24,000 nt of DNA from contig JASEGJ010000010.1 in assembly GCA_030018135.1 (NCBI GenBank), positions 13,283 to 37,282 of the forward strand, read 5' to 3'. The position numbers were made by a program, and so were the translations under genes. This stretch comes from Candidatus Hodarchaeaceae archaeon. GTDB taxonomy: Archaea; Hadarchaeota; Hadarchaeia; Hadarchaeales; Hadarchaeaceae. Positions 22,908 through 24,000 of this stretch are shown piece by piece; position 1 is the stretch's first letter, and each line of letters starts with the position of its first letter. The notes beneath the pieces were generated by a model. It was not told the origin of the DNA. It ran no database searches and saw only the letters and a list, made by a program, of their open reading frames with translations.

Positions 22908-22988
22908 GCAGTTGTACTACTTTAAGCGCTCCACCATACGCTCCGAAGGAAAGGATGAAAAGCGATGTGCAAATGGTAACTTGATCTT

Positions 22989-23774
22989 CTATAACTCCTG
23001 TAACTTCTGATACGCGACTTCCGCTGCTCGCCGGCCGCTGATCAGCATCGAGCCGAAAGTTGGACCCATCCTCGGCAGGCCGTAGGCCGTCGTCACCGCC
23101 ATCCCCGCAACGATGAGGCCTGGGTAGACCTCCCCCGTATGCTCGACAACGAGATCCTCGGAGCGCTCGACCCACATGGCCCCGTAGCCCGGCACCCTGA
23201 TCAGGCCTCGCCGCTCGAGCAGGCGCACCACGGCCGCGTCGTGCCCCGTCGCATCGATCACGAGCTTGCTCTCCAGCCCGACCGGGTCAACGCATGTCAG
23301 CTCGCGGGGCAGCGTCGACACGGGGGTCCAGTTGATAACAACGCCTCCCACGCGGTTCTTCTCCCGAAGCACGATGTCGTCGATCAGCGCCATGTTGAGT
23401 ATCTTCGCGCCAGCGTCGCAGGCGGCGGCGATCAGCCTTGAGCAGGCGTGGGGACCATCGGCCACGTAAAGGCCCTTCGACGACTCTATGTAGGGGACCC
23501 TCAACTCATCGAGGATTTTTTGCGCTGGTGCTCGAATAGTAACCTTGTTGAGCAAAAACCCGCCGATCCAGAAACCCCCGCCTAGGTAGTTGTTCCGCTC
23601 GACGACGAGGGTGTTCACGCCTCGCTCCGCCAGCCCCTTTGCGGCCATCAGACCGCTCGGGCCGCCTCCGACCACTATCACATCGCTCTCGGCGTATTTT
23701 TGAAAATCCTTCATGAACTCGCCGACGATCGCCCTCGTTATTTCCTTTTCCCCCGCCGGTTCAAAGGCTACCAT
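22989..23774 (-). CDS. thi4: Thiamine thiazole synthase Thi4 (archaeal type)
   Basis: Dinucleotide-binding [52 protein letters not shown] at 23774 preferred over the GTG at 23783. Confidence 0.93.
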   Translation of the reverse strand: MVAFEPAGEKEITRAIVGEFMKDFQKYAESDVIVVGGGPSGLMAAKGLAERGVNTLVVERNNYLGGGFWIGGFLLNKVTIRAPAQKILDELRVPYIESSKGLYVADGPHACSRLIAAACDAGAKILNMALIDDIVLREKNRVGGVVINWTPVSTLPRELTCVDPVGLESKLVIDATGHDAAVVRLLERRGLIRVPGYGAMWVERSEDLVVEHTGEVYPGLIVAGMAVTTAYGLPRMGPTFGSMLISGRRAAEVAYQKLQEL

Positions 23775-23884
23775 TTCCACCACCGTCCACCGCTGCTATT
23801 TTCAAATCAGCCAAATCCTCGCCCTCTTGGGTATTAAGTTTTTGTTTTTCAAAGATCTCCTCGCTCCCGCATCGCCTTATTTAT

Positions 23885-23897
23885 ATAACAGTGTTAT
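23885..23897. promoter_or_regulatory. Palindromic operator candidate ATAAC-N3-GTTAT (site d) upstream of thi4
   Basis: ATAACAGTGTTAT within the extended palindrome TATAAC-N3-GTTATA. TATA-like ATAAATAAGG follows on the thi4 strand, about 110 nt upstream of the thi4 ATG. Confidence 0.6.
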
Positions 23898-23913
23898 ATT
23901 TATTTAAGTCATA

Positions 23914-24000
23914 TCACCTAATTTTCGCCGTAAAATAGTTCTTGAGATACTTCCTCACAGCTTTTTCCAATCCCTGAAGGTCACCGTAAAACCAGTTGGC
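23914..24000 (-). CDS. 3' end of an unidentified gene (partial, runs off the window end)
   Basis: Minus-strand frame is open from 24000 to TGA at 23916-23914 (ANWFYGDLQGLEKAVRKYLKNYFTAKIR*). Confidence 0.35.
   Translation of the reverse strand, partial: ANWFYGDLQGLEKAVRKYLKNYFTAKIR

Noticed and set aside
23775-23884. Possible TPP riboswitch in the ~110-nt thi4 upstream region.
   Set aside because: I could not find the conserved CUGAGA / ACCUGAUCUGGAUAAUGCCAGCG-type elements. The DNA palindrome beside a TATA box points to protein-mediated control instead.

Overview
GC-rich archaeal chromosomal window. The archaeal assignment rests on TBP, SepCysS, HypC/HypD, a tungsten-type AOR, an archaeal riboflavin-pathway reductase, TATA-like promoters and GGAGG-led or overlapping operons. 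All calls come from motifs I recognise by eye in the ORF track and the DNA; no homology search was run. I count about 27 credible protein genes. Other content: (1) Two tRNA-Gln genes (UUG at 3291, CUG at 7523), each folding into a 73-nt cloverleaf only after three short non-canonical introns are removed. (2) A lower-GC integrated remnant of about 2.5 kb (3361-5917) in tRNA-Gln(UUG), bounded by tRNA 3'-half repeats and flanked by an apparently partitioned SSV-type integrase; cargo is a HEPN protein and a broken 2TM gene. (3) A sulfur-trafficking theme: a MoaD-GG fused to an E1-like MoeB/ThiF, then MoaE and a coupled radical-SAM protein; about 7 kb away SepCysS, a TusA-like carrier with an in-frame TAG, a stand-alone JAMM protease, a THUMP-less ThiI-like PP-loop ATPase, and Thi4. 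(4) A 13-bp palindrome, ATAAC-N3-GTTAT, found four times exactly and once with one mismatch, only in promoter regions of thi4, thiI-like, SepCysS/tusA and a SD-led 9-codon Cys-rich micro-ORF; this is a candidate undescribed regulon. (5) A HypC fused to a hotdog-fold (4HBT) thioesterase, directly after HypD. (6) Two covarying 9-bp-stem hairpins between the JAMM and ThiI-like genes. Several genes carry in-frame stops or frameshifts, so either real decay or assembly error must be excluded. Most long ORFs antisense to these genes are GC-driven shadows.
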